A DNA stretch of 64,000 nt from contig JAXLQJ010000007.1 in NCBI GenBank assembly GCA_046331705.1, forward strand, positions 124,001 through 188,000, written 5' to 3'. Shown here piece by piece: positions 12,416 to 22,511 of this stretch. The stretch's first letter is position 1; each line of letters starts with the position of its first letter. A model generated the notes under the pieces. That model was not told the origin of the DNA. It saw only the letters and a program-made list of their open reading frames with translations, and ran no database searches. Made by a program: the position numbers and the translations under genes. The DNA is from a bacterium (GTDB lineage: Bacteria > JADJOY01).

Positions 12416-14167
12416 ATGACGAGCTCCTCCTCCGCGCCGAACGGGGCGGCCCTGGCGCCCGCGCCGTGGCGTCTGGTCGCCATCGCGGTCGCGATCACGG
12501 CCGTCACGCTCCTCGGACGGCTCGGCGGGCTCCCGCTTCTCGACCCCGACGAGGGCCGCAACGCTGCCGTCGCCAGCGAGATGCAGGCGCACGGTGCGTG
12601 GATCGTGCCCACCTACAACGGGCTCGCGTACATGGACAAGCCGGCGTTCTTCTTCCGCGCCGTCGCGCTCTGCTTCGGCGCGTTCGGGGCGGACGAGCTG
12701 AGCGCTCGCCTGCCGTCGACCCTCGCCGCGCTCGCGCTGCTGGCCGCGGCTGCCGCGTTCGCGCGGCGCGTCTACGGCGGTCGGGTGGCCGCGCTGACGG
12801 CGATCGTGCTGGCGACCGCACCGCTCTTCGTGGTGTTCGCGCGCACCGTGATCTTCGACATGCCGCTCGCGCTGTGCGTGTGCACCGCGATCTTCACGGG
12901 TTATCTCGCCGAGGAACACGCCGAGCCCGGCGGGCGTCGCCGCCTCGGGCTCGCGTCGGCGTTCGCGTCCGGTGTGGCCGTGCTGATCAAGGGCCCGGTC
13001 GGATGGATCGTGCCGGTCCTGGTGCTGGCGGCGTTCTTCGCCAGCGAGCGCCGCTTCGCCGCGGCACGCCGCACGCTCGCCCTCGAGCGGGTCGCGGTGG
13101 TGCTCGCGCTGGTGCTGCCGTGGTTCGTCGCCGCTTGCGTCGAACGCCCGGATTTCGCGCACTACGGCCTCGTCTACGAGTCGTTTCAGCGCTTCACCAC
13201 CGACGAGTTCCGACGGACCCAGCCGTTTTACTTCTACGTCCCGGTGATGCTGCTGGCGCTGGCACCGTGGAGCCTCGCCGCGCCCGAGGCGGCGCTGGCC
13301 GCGTGGCGCGAGCGAGCGAGGCTCACCCGCGCCGACCGCTTGTTGCTGGTCTGGGTCGCGGTGGTGGTCGCGTTCTTCTCGATCTCGCGGTCCAAGCTGC
13401 CCGGATACGTGCTGAGCGCGGTGGTGGCGGGCGCGCTCCTGAGCGCGCGGCTGGTGGACCGGGCGCTCGCGGATCGCGACGGCCGCGCGGCGCGGATTCT
13501 CGATCGCTCGCTCACCTGGATCGGCGTGGCGGCGATCGTCGGCGCAGCGGTCGCGATCGCGTCGATGCTGCTGGGCGCGGACAGCTGGCAGCGACTTCTC
13601 GGCCGCAAGAACCGCGAGATCGTGCGGCTGGTACCGCTCTTCGGGCCGATCGCGCTCACCTGTGTCGCGCTGGCGGCGAGTGCCGGGTGGGCAGCGCGGC
13701 GGCGCTCGCTCGCCGCGGCGCTGCTGGTGGTGCTGGTGATCCCCACCTCCGCCCTCACCGCGAGCTTCCCCGCCCTGCGCCGCTACGCCGAGGCCGCATC
13801 CGCCAGGAGCGTCGCTGCGGCGGTCGCCCGCGAGTCGGCGAACGCCCGCGTGGTCAGCGTGCGCTCGCTGCCGCCGGGACTGCCGTTCTACCTCGGCCGC
13901 CCCATCACGCTGGTCACCGAGGATGGCCACGAGAGCACCAGCAACTACCAGATGAGCCTGTTGCGCGGCAGCGGCCCGTGGCCCGAGGGAATGATCCCGC
14001 TCGGCGACGCGGCGGCGTGGCTGGACCGCCAGCGCGAGCCGATCTACCTGCTCGCGTACTGGAGGCGCCGCGAGATCGTGGAGTCGATGCTCGCGTCGCG
14101 CGGGCTCGCGCCGACCGAGATCGCGCCCGGTTGGTGGGGCGTGCTGGTGCCACCGCGCGCGGGTTGA
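12416..14167 (+). CDS. ArnT/PMT-like (GT83) integral membrane glycosyltransferase
   Basis: DPDEGRNA..A.EM...W..P..NG..Y.DKP, ARLPS, IKGPVG, SKLPGYVL; many TM segments. Confidence 0.88.
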   Translation: MTSSSSAPNGAALAPAPWRLVAIAVAITAVTLLGRLGGLPLLDPDEGRNAAVASEMQAHGAWIVPTYNGLAYMDKPAFFFRAVALCFGAFGADELSARLPSTLAALALLAAAAAFARRVYGGRVAALTAIVLATAPLFVVFARTVIFDMPLALCVCTAIFTGYLAEEHAEPGGRRRLGLASAFASGVAVLIKGPVGWIVPVLVLAAFFASERRFAAARRTLALERVAVVLALVLPWFVAACVERPDFAHYGLVYESFQRFTTDEFRRTQPFYFYVPVMLLALAPWSLAAPEAALAAWRERARLTRADRLLLVWVAVVVAFFSISRSKLPGYVLSAVVAGALLSARLVDRALADRDGRAARILDRSLTWIGVAAIVGAAVAIASMLLGADSWQRLLGRKNREIVRLVPLFGPIALTCVALAASAGWAARRRSLAAALLVVLVIPTSALTASFPALRRYAEAASARSVAAAVARESANARVVSVRSLPPGLPFYLGRPITLVTEDGHESTSNYQMSLLRGSGPWPEGMIPLGDAAAWLDRQREPIYLLAYWRRREIVESMLASRGLAPTEIAPGWWGVLVPPRAG

Positions 14168-14170
14168 GGC

Positions 14171-16033
14171 ATGTGCGGGATCGCCGGGATCGTCGAGCTG
14201 GGCGGTGCGAGCGACGAGGCCGTTCTCGCGCGCCGCGTGCGCTCGATGATGGAGGCGCTCGAGCACCGCGGACCCGATTCCGCCGGGCTCGACTGCTCGC
14301 CGCGCGCGGCGCTGGGCGCGACGCGGCTCGCCGTGCGCGGTGGCCACGACGGCCGCCAGCCGCTGGTGGACGCCGCGACCGGTGTGGTCGTGGTCTGCAA
14401 CGGAGAGATCGACAACCACACGGAGCTCGCGGCATGGCTCGCCGCCCGTGGCCGTCCGACGACGCCGGCCACCGATGTCGCGGTGCTCCCGGGGCTCTAC
14501 CTGGAGCTGGGCGAAGGCTTGGTCGACGAGTTGGCGGGCGTCTTCGCGCTCGCGATCTGGGATCCGCGCCGCGATCGGCTGCTCCTCGCCCGCGACCGCG
14601 CAGGCGAGCGCCCACTCTTCTACGCGACCGTCGCGAACGGCTTGGTCTTCGCATCGGAGCTCTCGGCCCTCGCGCGCGATCCGCACGTGGCCCTGGACAG
14701 CGATCGCGCCGCGCTGGCGGCCTACGTGCGCTGGGGCTCGTTCGCGGCGCCGCGCACGCCCTACCGCCAGGCGCGCAAGCTCGCGCCGGGCGAGATGCTC
14801 GCGTTCGACCGCACGGGCCTCGCCACCCGCCGCTATTGGTCGTGGCCGATGGGACGCGCTCCCCAGACCGAGCCCTCGACGGACGCGTTCGACGCAGTGT
14901 TTCGCGGCGCCGTGCAGCGGCAAGCACAGGTGGATGTGCCGCTCGGGGTGTTCCTGAGCGGCGGTCTCGATTCCTCGTTGGTGGCGGCGGTCGCGCGCCG
15001 CGTCCAGCCAGACGTGCCGCTCGGCGCCTTCTGCATCCGCTTCGGCGAATCCTCCTACGACGAATCCGACTGGGCGGCGCGGGTCGCCGAGCACCTCGGT
15101 CTGCCGCTCGCCACCGTGAAGATCCACGCCGAGGACTTTCCCGTCGAGATCGCGCGGCTGATCGAGTGCGTCGGCGAGCCCCTCGCCGATCCAGCGTGGG
15201 TGCCGACGGCGCTGCTGGCGCGGCGCGCGGCGCAGGACGTGACCGTCGCCTTGGTGGGAGAAGGCGGCGACGAGCTCTTCGGCGGCTATCCCACGTATCT
15301 CGGGCTCGGCCTGGCGGACGCGTACACGCGCCTGCCGCGCTTCGTTCGCGGCGGGCTCGCGCGCGTGATCGAGGGCTGGCCGCCGAGCGACAAGAAGGTC
15401 ACCGTCTCCTTTCTGCTCAAGCGCTTCGTGGAAGGCCTCGAGCTCGAGCCGCTCGAGCGCCATCGGCTGTGGACCTCGACGGTGCGGCCGGCGATCCTCG
15501 CGCGGCTCGGCCTGGCGCCGGACTTGGCGGCGACCGCTCCGCCGAGCGTCCTGCCCACCGCCGCGCCACTCGATCTCGTCCAGCGCCACGATCTGGAGAC
15601 ATCCCTCGCGGAGGGGCTGCTCACCAAGGCCGACCGCGCCGGGATGCAGTCGGCGCTCGAGCTGCGCGCGCCGTTCCTCGATCGCGACGTGCTGGCCTTC
15701 GCCGCGACGCTGCCACCCCACCAGCGGGTGAGCGGCTTCACCACCAAGCGCTTCCTCAAGCGGTACGCCGAGCGCTACCTGCCGCACGCGGTCGTGTACC
15801 GGCGCAAGCGCGGGCTGTCGGTGCCCATCGGCGCCTGGCTACGCGGACCGCTTCACGATTGGGCGAAGACGCGGCTCGGCCCCGAGCTCGAAGAGGTCGG
15901 CGTGAGCCACCGTGCCGCACGCGGGCTGCTCGCCGAGCACCTGCGGCGCGCGGAGGACCACGGCCGAGCGATCTGGACGCTCTGCGTCCTCGGCGAGTGG
16001 CTGCGCTGGGCCGCCGCGCGGCGCGACCCATGA
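14171..16033 (+). CDS. asnB: asparagine synthase-like glutamine amidotransferase
   Basis: N-terminal MCGIAG, HRGPD, LSGGLDSS, GEGGDELFGGY, ELRAPFLD. Confidence 0.9.
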   Translation: MCGIAGIVELGGASDEAVLARRVRSMMEALEHRGPDSAGLDCSPRAALGATRLAVRGGHDGRQPLVDAATGVVVVCNGEIDNHTELAAWLAARGRPTTPATDVAVLPGLYLELGEGLVDELAGVFALAIWDPRRDRLLLARDRAGERPLFYATVANGLVFASELSALARDPHVALDSDRAALAAYVRWGSFAAPRTPYRQARKLAPGEMLAFDRTGLATRRYWSWPMGRAPQTEPSTDAFDAVFRGAVQRQAQVDVPLGVFLSGGLDSSLVAAVARRVQPDVPLGAFCIRFGESSYDESDWAARVAEHLGLPLATVKIHAEDFPVEIARLIECVGEPLADPAWVPTALLARRAAQDVTVALVGEGGDELFGGYPTYLGLGLADAYTRLPRFVRGGLARVIEGWPPSDKKVTVSFLLKRFVEGLELEPLERHRLWTSTVRPAILARLGLAPDLAATAPPSVLPTAAPLDLVQRHDLETSLAEGLLTKADRAGMQSALELRAPFLDRDVLAFAATLPPHQRVSGFTTKRFLKRYAERYLPHAVVYRRKRGLSVPIGAWLRGPLHDWAKTRLGPELEEVGVSHRAARGLLAEHLRRAEDHGRAIWTLCVLGEWLRWAAARRDP

Positions 16034-16051
16034 GCGCGCCGCGCGCGGCGC

Positions 16052-16810
16052 TCAGCTCGGTGGCGCCGCGTCGATCGGCTCGGCGCTGGTGTCGCACCGG
16101 CGGCGCATGAGCCACCACACGCCGATCAAGTCCACGATCCCGACCCACAACCGGTCCAGCACTCCGTAGTTCGAGCGGCCCGCCGATCGCTCGCGATGGC
16201 TGACGTCGACGGCAACCACGCGGCCGCCCGCGCGCAGGAAGAGCGCCGGCAAGAAGCGATGCAGGTGATCGAAGTGCGGGATTCGGGCGAAGTCCTCGCG
16301 GCGAAACGCCTTGAGCCCGCAGCCGGTGTCGGTGGTGCGATCGCCCAGGATCGCGCCGCGGACGGCGTTCGCCACCCGCGATGCGACGCGCTTCGTCCAC
16401 GAATCGCGCCGGCGCACGCGCCGTCCGCTCACCAGCACGGGGACTCCGGGGGTCCTGTCGAGCTCGGTCGCGAGCGCGGCGACCAGTCGCGGCACGTCGC
16501 GCGGATCGTTCTGCCGGTCGCCGTCCATGGTGACGATCCAGGGGGCGCGCGCACGCGCGACCCCCGTCGCGAGCGCGGCGCTCTGGCCGCGGCCGCGCGG
16601 CGAGCGAAAACCACGCAGCCACGGGTGTTGCGACGCGAGCGCGGCGAGCAGCTGCGCCGTGGCGTCGTCGCTGCCGTCGTCGACGCACACGACCTCGTAC
16701 GCGTCGCCGGTCGCCAGCGCCGCGCGGATCTCCTCGAAGAGCGGGCCGACGTTGGCGGCCTCGTTTCGTAGCGGAATCACCACCGCGAATTTCGGTACGG
16801 CGGTCTGCAT
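16052..16810 (-). CDS. GT2 polyprenol-phosphate glycosyltransferase (DPM/RgtE-like)
   Basis: VVIPLRNE, VDDGSDD, GQSAAL, MDGDRQNDP, DTGCGLK, HRFLPAL; ATG at 16810. Confidence 0.88.
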   Translation of the reverse strand: MQTAVPKFAVVIPLRNEAANVGPLFEEIRAALATGDAYEVVCVDDGSDDATAQLLAALASQHPWLRGFRSPRGRGQSAALATGVARARAPWIVTMDGDRQNDPRDVPRLVAALATELDRTPGVPVLVSGRRVRRRDSWTKRVASRVANAVRGAILGDRTTDTGCGLKAFRREDFARIPHFDHLHRFLPALFLRAGGRVVAVDVSHRERSAGRSNYGVLDRLWVGIVDLIGVWWLMRRRCDTSAEPIDAAPPS

Positions 16811-17103
16811 GGCGCGCTCGGGCAGCAGGCCCGAGAGCCTGCGGGTCGACGGGGACACCGGAGTTCCGGGAGCGTGCCCGAGCCCGCCGGCGAACCCAAG
16901 CTGGAGTCGTGTCCGTCTCCACGCAACCGTCGCGCGCGCCGCGCGCTGGCGCCCTCGGCGAGCCCGTGCCACGGCGGTGCTGCGGTCGGGCGGGAGATAG
17001 CGAGGGCTAGACCGGCCGCCGCGCGCGGTGGTAACTAGCCGGGCCCGGCGCCTCCCACGTCGCCGCACTCCCCTCGACTCCGCCACCCATCGAACGAAAT
17101 CCG

Positions 17104-18003
17104 ATGAAGTTTCCCGCACCCTATCGAAGCAACCGCCCGGTCGTCTCCTTCGAGCTCTTTCCGCCGAAGACGGACAAGGGCCTCGCCGATCTCGAGGAGC
17201 GTCTGCCGCACTTGCTCGCGCTCGAGCCCACGTTCCTCACGGTGACGTACGGCGCCGGCGGCACCACCCGCGAGCGCACCCTCGACATCGCGCGCCGCAT
17301 CCGCGGGCAGTACGGACGCGACGTCGCGCACCACCTCACGTGCGTCGGCGCGACCCGCGACGAGATCACGCGCACGCTCGGCGAGATCCGCGACGCCGGC
17401 ATCGAGAACCTGGTGGCCTTGCGCGGCGATCCGCCGCAAGGACAGACCGAGTTCCGCGCCGTCGAGGGCGGTTTCCGCCACGCCTGCGAGTTGGTGGCGC
17501 ACGTCCGCGCGGTGGCGGACTTCGGCATCGCCGTCGCCGGCTATCCGGAGAAGCACGTCGAGGCGCCCGATTGGCAGTCGGACATCGCGCATCTCAAGGA
17601 AAAGGTCGACGCCGGCGCCGACGTGGTCCTCACGCAGCTCTTCTACGACAACCGCGACTTCCACCGTTTCGTGGAGCGTTGTCGAGCGGCCGGTATCCGC
17701 GCGCCGATCGTGCCGGGCCTGATGCCGATCCAGAACGTCGATCAGATCAAGCGCATCACCGCGATGTGCGGTGCTCGGATCCCGGACACCCTCGCCCACG
17801 CCCTCGAGGCCGCGCGCAGCGATCCGGCGCAGGTTCACGAGATCGCGGTGGACCACTGCGCCGAGCAGGCCGAGGAGCTGTTGCGCGCGGGTGTGCCAGG
17901 GATCCACTTCTACGTGCTCAATCAGACGACTCAGATCGCCGCGATCATGGGCCGGATCGCACCCACGCTGGCGACTGCGGTCGCGCCGCCGCTCGCCGGC
18001 TGA
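17104..18003 (+). CDS. metF: 5,10-methylenetetrahydrofolate reductase
   Basis: SFELFPPK, VTYGAGG, HLTCVG, ALRGDPP, AGYPEKH, TQLFYD. Confidence 0.96.
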   Translation: MKFPAPYRSNRPVVSFELFPPKTDKGLADLEERLPHLLALEPTFLTVTYGAGGTTRERTLDIARRIRGQYGRDVAHHLTCVGATRDEITRTLGEIRDAGIENLVALRGDPPQGQTEFRAVEGGFRHACELVAHVRAVADFGIAVAGYPEKHVEAPDWQSDIAHLKEKVDAGADVVLTQLFYDNRDFHRFVERCRAAGIRAPIVPGLMPIQNVDQIKRITAMCGARIPDTLAHALEAARSDPAQVHEIAVDHCAEQAEELLRAGVPGIHFYVLNQTTQIAAIMGRIAPTLATAVAPPLAG

Positions 18004-18059
18004 GGGCGCGCGCCCGCCGGCAGCGCGTCTCGGCGCCGGCTCACCGCTCGAGCCGAGAC

Positions 18060-19742
18060 TCAATCGGCCCGATCGAGCTCGGATTCGGATTCGGCTGCGC
18101 CGAGCGCCGGCAGCGGGGGCCGCGTGTCGCCAGGTGGCTCGCTCCACGGCTCTTCGCGGACGAGCCCTGTGGGATCGTCCTTCGCGAGCACCACGTGATC
18201 CAACACGACGCCGTGCTCGTCCACCGCCTCGAGCCACAGCCGGCCTCTCAGCGCCACCGCACGCACCACGTGGTGCGCGGTGATGCCGACCACGGTCTCG
18301 GCGGCGCTGTCCGGGTCGCGGAGCTCGCCGCCGCCCCCGCCCGACACCACGTAGCGCACGCCGCGGGGCTCCGTGCCGATCAGGCCGAGCGGCAAGGAAC
18401 GCTGGAAGTTGTGCGAATGCCCGGCGAACGCGATGTCCACGCGTGAGCCGAGCAACAACGGCTGCACGAGCCAGTAGACGAGCTCGTTGCGGCCCCGGCC
18501 CTCGCCGGGAAACGGCGGATGGTGGAAGAACGCGAGACGCCACCACGGCGGCGGCGCGGCGGCGGTGAAGCTCTCGGAGACCGCGGCACGCGCCGCGGTG
18601 AATGGAAGCGGCGGTGCGTTCGAGTTGAGCGAGGTCACCACCACCCCGGCGGCGTGAAGCGAACGCTCGAACGGGCTCGGGGCACCCGGCTCCGCGGCCA
18701 GCCCGAAGAAGCGGGCGAGATCGAGGCCGCCGTCGAGAAGGTCGTGATTGCCGGGTACGACCCAGATCGGCACCTGCGACGCGAGCTCCGCGATGGGGCC
18801 GTAGAACTGGGCGTAGAGGCTGGCGCGGGTCGCACGCTCGTAGGCGAGATCGCCGACGTGCAGGACGACGTCGGGCTGGAACTCCGCCAAGCGCGCGATC
18901 AGCCGTCGCGTGACCGAGCCGCCATTGCCGGAATCTCCGAGAACGCCGAAACGCAACGGGCTCTCGTCGCCGGGCGCGGGCAAGGTTCGAAACGCGCCGC
19001 CGTCCTCGCCCGGCACCGAGCGGCTGCGCAGGCGATAGGCGTGCACGGTGCTCGGGGCGAGATCGGTCAGCTGCACGCGATGCACCTTGCGTGCGACCGC
19101 CTCGTTCACGACCCAGCGCTTGCGCCCGGCACGGACCCGCACCGCACCCACCTCGGCGTCGGGCGTCTCCCAGAGCAGCTCGGCGTCGTGCGACGAGACC
19201 CACGTGAGCATCGGCCGCCGCCAGTACCAAGGCGCCTCGGCGGAGACGACGCTGATCCCGGCGCCGCTCCACACCACTCCCACCGTGCCCTCGAGCCCGA
19301 GCTCGGCTAGCGTCCGCGTGCGCGCGGCGATCAGACGCGGTCCGCGCGCGAGCCAGCTCAGGGCCTCGTCGTGCGTCATCGCCGCGACGCGCACCAGACC
19401 GACGCGCCGCTCGGGCACCGCGACGGGAACCCCGGGGCCGAGGGCCAGCAGCAAGCCACCGTGGGTCAGCTCGAGCTCGGCGATTCCCGCCACCGTCTCA
19501 CCCAGACCCACCCAGAGCCGCACGGTCCCGGCACCCACCAGACCCGCGGCAACGGCGCAGCTCGCACACACGATCCCGGCGCGCGCCGGCGGGCGCAGAC
19601 GACGTCGCAGGACCACCGCAAGCAGCACCCCGAGCAGCAGCACCCAGCAAGCGTTGCCGAGGTACGCGACCGGACCCGCTCCGTGCGGATCGGCCCAGCG
19701 CACCCGCGTGGAAGCGAGAAAGAAGCTCGCGAGCTCGGACAT
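18060..19742 (-). CDS. membrane-anchored purple-acid-phosphatase-like metallophosphoesterase
   Basis: LGDSG, GDLAY, PGNHD, FHHP, AGHSH motifs; FN3-like HRVQLTDLAPST.HAYR; N-terminal TM segments; start uncertain. Confidence 0.78.
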   Translation of the reverse strand: MSELASFFLASTRVRWADPHGAGPVAYLGNACWVLLLGVLLAVVLRRRLRPPARAGIVCASCAVAAGLVGAGTVRLWVGLGETVAGIAELELTHGGLLLALGPGVPVAVPERRVGLVRVAAMTHDEALSWLARGPRLIAARTRTLAELGLEGTVGVVWSGAGISVVSAEAPWYWRRPMLTWVSSHDAELLWETPDAEVGAVRVRAGRKRWVVNEAVARKVHRVQLTDLAPSTVHAYRLRSRSVPGEDGGAFRTLPAPGDESPLRFGVLGDSGNGGSVTRRLIARLAEFQPDVVLHVGDLAYERATRASLYAQFYGPIAELASQVPIWVVPGNHDLLDGGLDLARFFGLAAEPGAPSPFERSLHAAGVVVTSLNSNAPPLPFTAARAAVSESFTAAAPPPWWRLAFFHHPPFPGEGRGRNELVYWLVQPLLLGSRVDIAFAGHSHNFQRSLPLGLIGTEPRGVRYVVSGGGGGELRDPDSAAETVVGITAHHVVRAVALRGRLWLEAVDEHGVVLDHVVLAKDDPTGLVREEPWSEPPGDTRPPLPALGAAESESELDRAD

Positions 19743-19896
19743 CCGGCGGAAACGCTGATCCGGGGAAATGAGGCGCGATGACACGCACCGGCCGGCCGCG
19801 GTGCCGCGAGTCGTCGGCGCGGCGACACACGGACGTCGCCGCGGCGCTCGGCGGCGTCGCGATCGCGTGTGGCCTCGATCGGCGGGAGCTTATAGC

Positions 19897-20811
19897 ATGG
19901 CCGCTCCCTTCGAATCGGACCGAGACATGCGAATCGAGCGACAAGCGTTCTGCAAGTTCTGCGGCGAGCCCGCTCCCCTCGCCTACCTCACCCTTCCCGA
20001 CGCCTGCGTCGAGGTGGTGCGCTGCGGCCTCTGCCGCATGCCCTTCGTCAGCCAAACCTACGACGACGGGAGCGCGCGCGAGCTCTACGAGCGCGTGTTG
20101 CACGAAGGCGGCGAGTACGAGCGATTCGAGCCCGCCCGCTCCCCGCGCTTCCGCTATCTCCTCGACTGCGTGCTCCCGGAGCGTGAGATCCAGGGCCTCC
20201 GGCTGCTCGACGTTGGCGCTGGTGGCGGCGGCTTCCTGGCGCTCGCCAAGGGACTCGGTGCGCAGGTCGCCGGGATCGAGCTCTCGAGCGCAGCGCGGAG
20301 TCACGCGCTCGAGCGCTACGGCATCGAGCTTTCCGCGACCCCCCTCGCCGACCCGAGCTGGGACGGCAAGAAGTTCGACGTCGTGACCATCTGGGACCTC
20401 TTCGAGCACTTGGCCGATCCGCGCGCCACCCTGCGGCGCGTGAGCCAGCTGCTCGCGCCCGGCGGGCGGCTCGCGATCACCACTCCCGCGCGGGAGGCCG
20501 CGCTTCATCGCGCGGCGATCGGTCTGGCGCGGCTCACGGGCGGACGGCTCTCGTTCGTCGCCAGGCACCGGTACAACCTGCTCCACCTGCAGATCTTTCG
20601 GCGCGCCGATCTGCGTTGCCTCCTCGAGGACGCCGGGCTCACGGTGCGGGTGTTGGAGCTGATCGCCGACTACTCGTATCCCGGGTCTTGGTACCTGCGC
20701 ACCGCCCACATCCCCGAGTCGGCGAAGCAGCTGCTCGGACCCGCTGCCGACTGGACCCTCGCCCACGTCCCGCCGCGCAACAAGATCATCGCCGTCGCCC
20801 GGCGCGGGTGA
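19897..20811 (+). CDS. class I SAM-dependent methyltransferase with N-terminal CxxC...CxxC
   Basis: CKFC...CGLC, LLDVGAGGGGF, GIELS, FDVVTIWDLFEHL. Confidence 0.88.
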   Translation: MAAPFESDRDMRIERQAFCKFCGEPAPLAYLTLPDACVEVVRCGLCRMPFVSQTYDDGSARELYERVLHEGGEYERFEPARSPRFRYLLDCVLPEREIQGLRLLDVGAGGGGFLALAKGLGAQVAGIELSSAARSHALERYGIELSATPLADPSWDGKKFDVVTIWDLFEHLADPRATLRRVSQLLAPGGRLAITTPAREAALHRAAIGLARLTGGRLSFVARHRYNLLHLQIFRRADLRCLLEDAGLTVRVLELIADYSYPGSWYLRTAHIPESAKQLLGPAADWTLAHVPPRNKIIAVARRG

Positions 20812-20856
20812 AGGGCGACTCACCGAGAAACACGCAGCGTCCTCACGACGCTGCGT

Positions 20857-20895
20857 TGGACGTCGTCGCGAACCGGTCCGTATAATTCGACGACG
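20857..20895 (+). promoter_or_regulatory. sigma-70 promoter flanked by an 8-bp inverted repeat
   Basis: TGGACG-N18-TATAAT (20881-20886); CGTCGTCG (20861-68) / CGACGACG (20888-95); GGAGG RBS before ATG 20937. Confidence 0.6.
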
Positions 20896-20936
20896 GTGCA
20901 TCCACACTCCCGAGCCCTTCCGGAGGAAGCTCGAAC

Positions 20937-22511
20937 ATGAATCGACCCGGCGTGATGTTGATTTCCATGCTTCCCGAGATCCGCAACCTCGGGATGCTGT
21001 ACCTCGCCGAATCCGTGCGCGCCGCCGGCCATGACGCCGGAGTCCTGTTCATGACGAACGTCCGCGCCAAGGATCGGGGCGGGATCGCGTTCGCCTACAA
21101 CGTCGACGAAACCGACGAAGAGCTCGACAACGCCGTGCGATTCGTCGCCGAGCGCAAGCCCGACATCGTCGGTCTCTCGCTCATGACCGGCCACTATCAT
21201 CGCAGCGTGGCGCTCACCAAGCGCTTGCGCGAGGTGTGCCCGGACACCGAGATCATGTGGGGCGGAATCCACCCCACGCTGGCGCAAGAGGAGTCCATCC
21301 AGCACGCCGACTCGGTGATCGTCGGCGAGGCCGAGGACGCGATGGTCGAGTACCTGCGGCGGCGCGCCGCGGGCGAGACGCCGCGGGACGTCGGCAGCAT
21401 GTGGTTTCGCGAGAAGGACGGCACGGTCGTCAAGAACGAGGTCCGGCACCTCAACCAGGACCTGTCGACGCTCCCCTTCCCGCGCTGGGACTTCACGGAC
21501 CGCTGGTGTCTGCACGACGGCAAGGTCGTGCCGATGACCGACGAGCTCTACCGCTCCTACATGCACTGGCGCGGCGAGCTCTACAACATCATGATCACGC
21601 GCGGTTGCCCGTACCGGTGTACCTACTGCTGCAACGCCTCGTTCATCAACCTGTATCTACGCAAGGGAAAGCTGGTTCGCCGGCGTCGCATCCCCGAGGC
21701 CATCGAGGAGCTTCAGCACGCCCGGCGGCGCTTCCCGTTCCTGCGCGGCATCGACATCCAGGACGACAGCTTCTTGATGAGTGACGATCACTACATCGAG
21801 GAGTTCGCCAAGGTCTACAAGCGCGAGATCGGCATCCCGTTCTACGCGCGCACCATTCCCAGCTACGTCACCGAGCATCGCATCAAGGTGCTCAAGGAAG
21901 CGGGCCTGGACCACCTCCAGATGGGCCTCGAGGCCTCCGAGCGGATCAACAAGGAAGTCTTCCGCCGTCCGGTCTCGAACCGGCGCTTCATCGATGCCGC
22001 CCACGTCTTCCACAAGTTCAACGTCACCAAGCACTACGACGTCATCCTCGACAATCCGTACGCCACCGAGGACGACTACGTCGACATCCTGAACACGCTC
22101 ATCGCGTGCCCCAAGCCGTACTTCCTGAGCTGCCTCTCGATGACCTTCTTCCCCTACACCCCGATCTGGGACCGGGCGAAGAAGGACAACATGATCGAGA
22201 AGGCTCGCGAGGGTTACGCCGACGGCATCGTCAACCTGAAGAACACGTACCTGAACCACCTCATCATCGTGGCGCCGATGACACCGAATCGCCTGTTGCG
22301 CTATTTCATCGACCAGCGCAACACGAAGACGGCTCAGTTCGCGTTCCAGGCGTACTGCAAGCTGGTGGTGCAGCCCTACTTCAACGTCCTGAATCGGCTG
22401 CGCGCCTCGCGTTACTTCTTCAACTTGCTCAAGCCGGCGTACTTCTTCCTGCAGCGCCTGCGCCGAAGCCGCGACTTCGTGCCGGCGCCGGCCGAGGGCG
22501 CCCCGGCGTGA
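20937..22511 (+). CDS. cobalamin-binding radical SAM enzyme
   Basis: N-terminal B12-binding domain (LGMLYLA, PDIVGLS, WGGIHPT, VGEAE) and TRGCPYRCTYC. Confidence 0.9.
   Translation: MNRPGVMLISMLPEIRNLGMLYLAESVRAAGHDAGVLFMTNVRAKDRGGIAFAYNVDETDEELDNAVRFVAERKPDIVGLSLMTGHYHRSVALTKRLREVCPDTEIMWGGIHPTLAQEESIQHADSVIVGEAEDAMVEYLRRRAAGETPRDVGSMWFREKDGTVVKNEVRHLNQDLSTLPFPRWDFTDRWCLHDGKVVPMTDELYRSYMHWRGELYNIMITRGCPYRCTYCCNASFINLYLRKGKLVRRRRIPEAIEELQHARRRFPFLRGIDIQDDSFLMSDDHYIEEFAKVYKREIGIPFYARTIPSYVTEHRIKVLKEAGLDHLQMGLEASERINKEVFRRPVSNRRFIDAAHVFHKFNVTKHYDVILDNPYATEDDYVDILNTLIACPKPYFLSCLSMTFFPYTPIWDRAKKDNMIEKAREGYADGIVNLKNTYLNHLIIVAPMTPNRLLRYFIDQRNTKTAQFAFQAYCKLVVQPYFNVLNRLRASRYFFNLLKPAYFFLQRLRRSRDFVPAPAEGAPA

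Noticed and set aside
12199-16110. 1303-aa plus-strand ORF and 1140-aa minus-strand ORF (12365..15787)
   Set aside because: Arg/Ala/Gly-rich shadow frames over the ArnT-like and asnB genes; typical of high-GC DNA, no motifs
16811-17103. SAM/SAH riboswitch upstream of metF
   Set aside because: No SAM-I (AUC..GAG, GCAACC/GGUGC in the right order with P1) or SAH consensus could be assembled by eye
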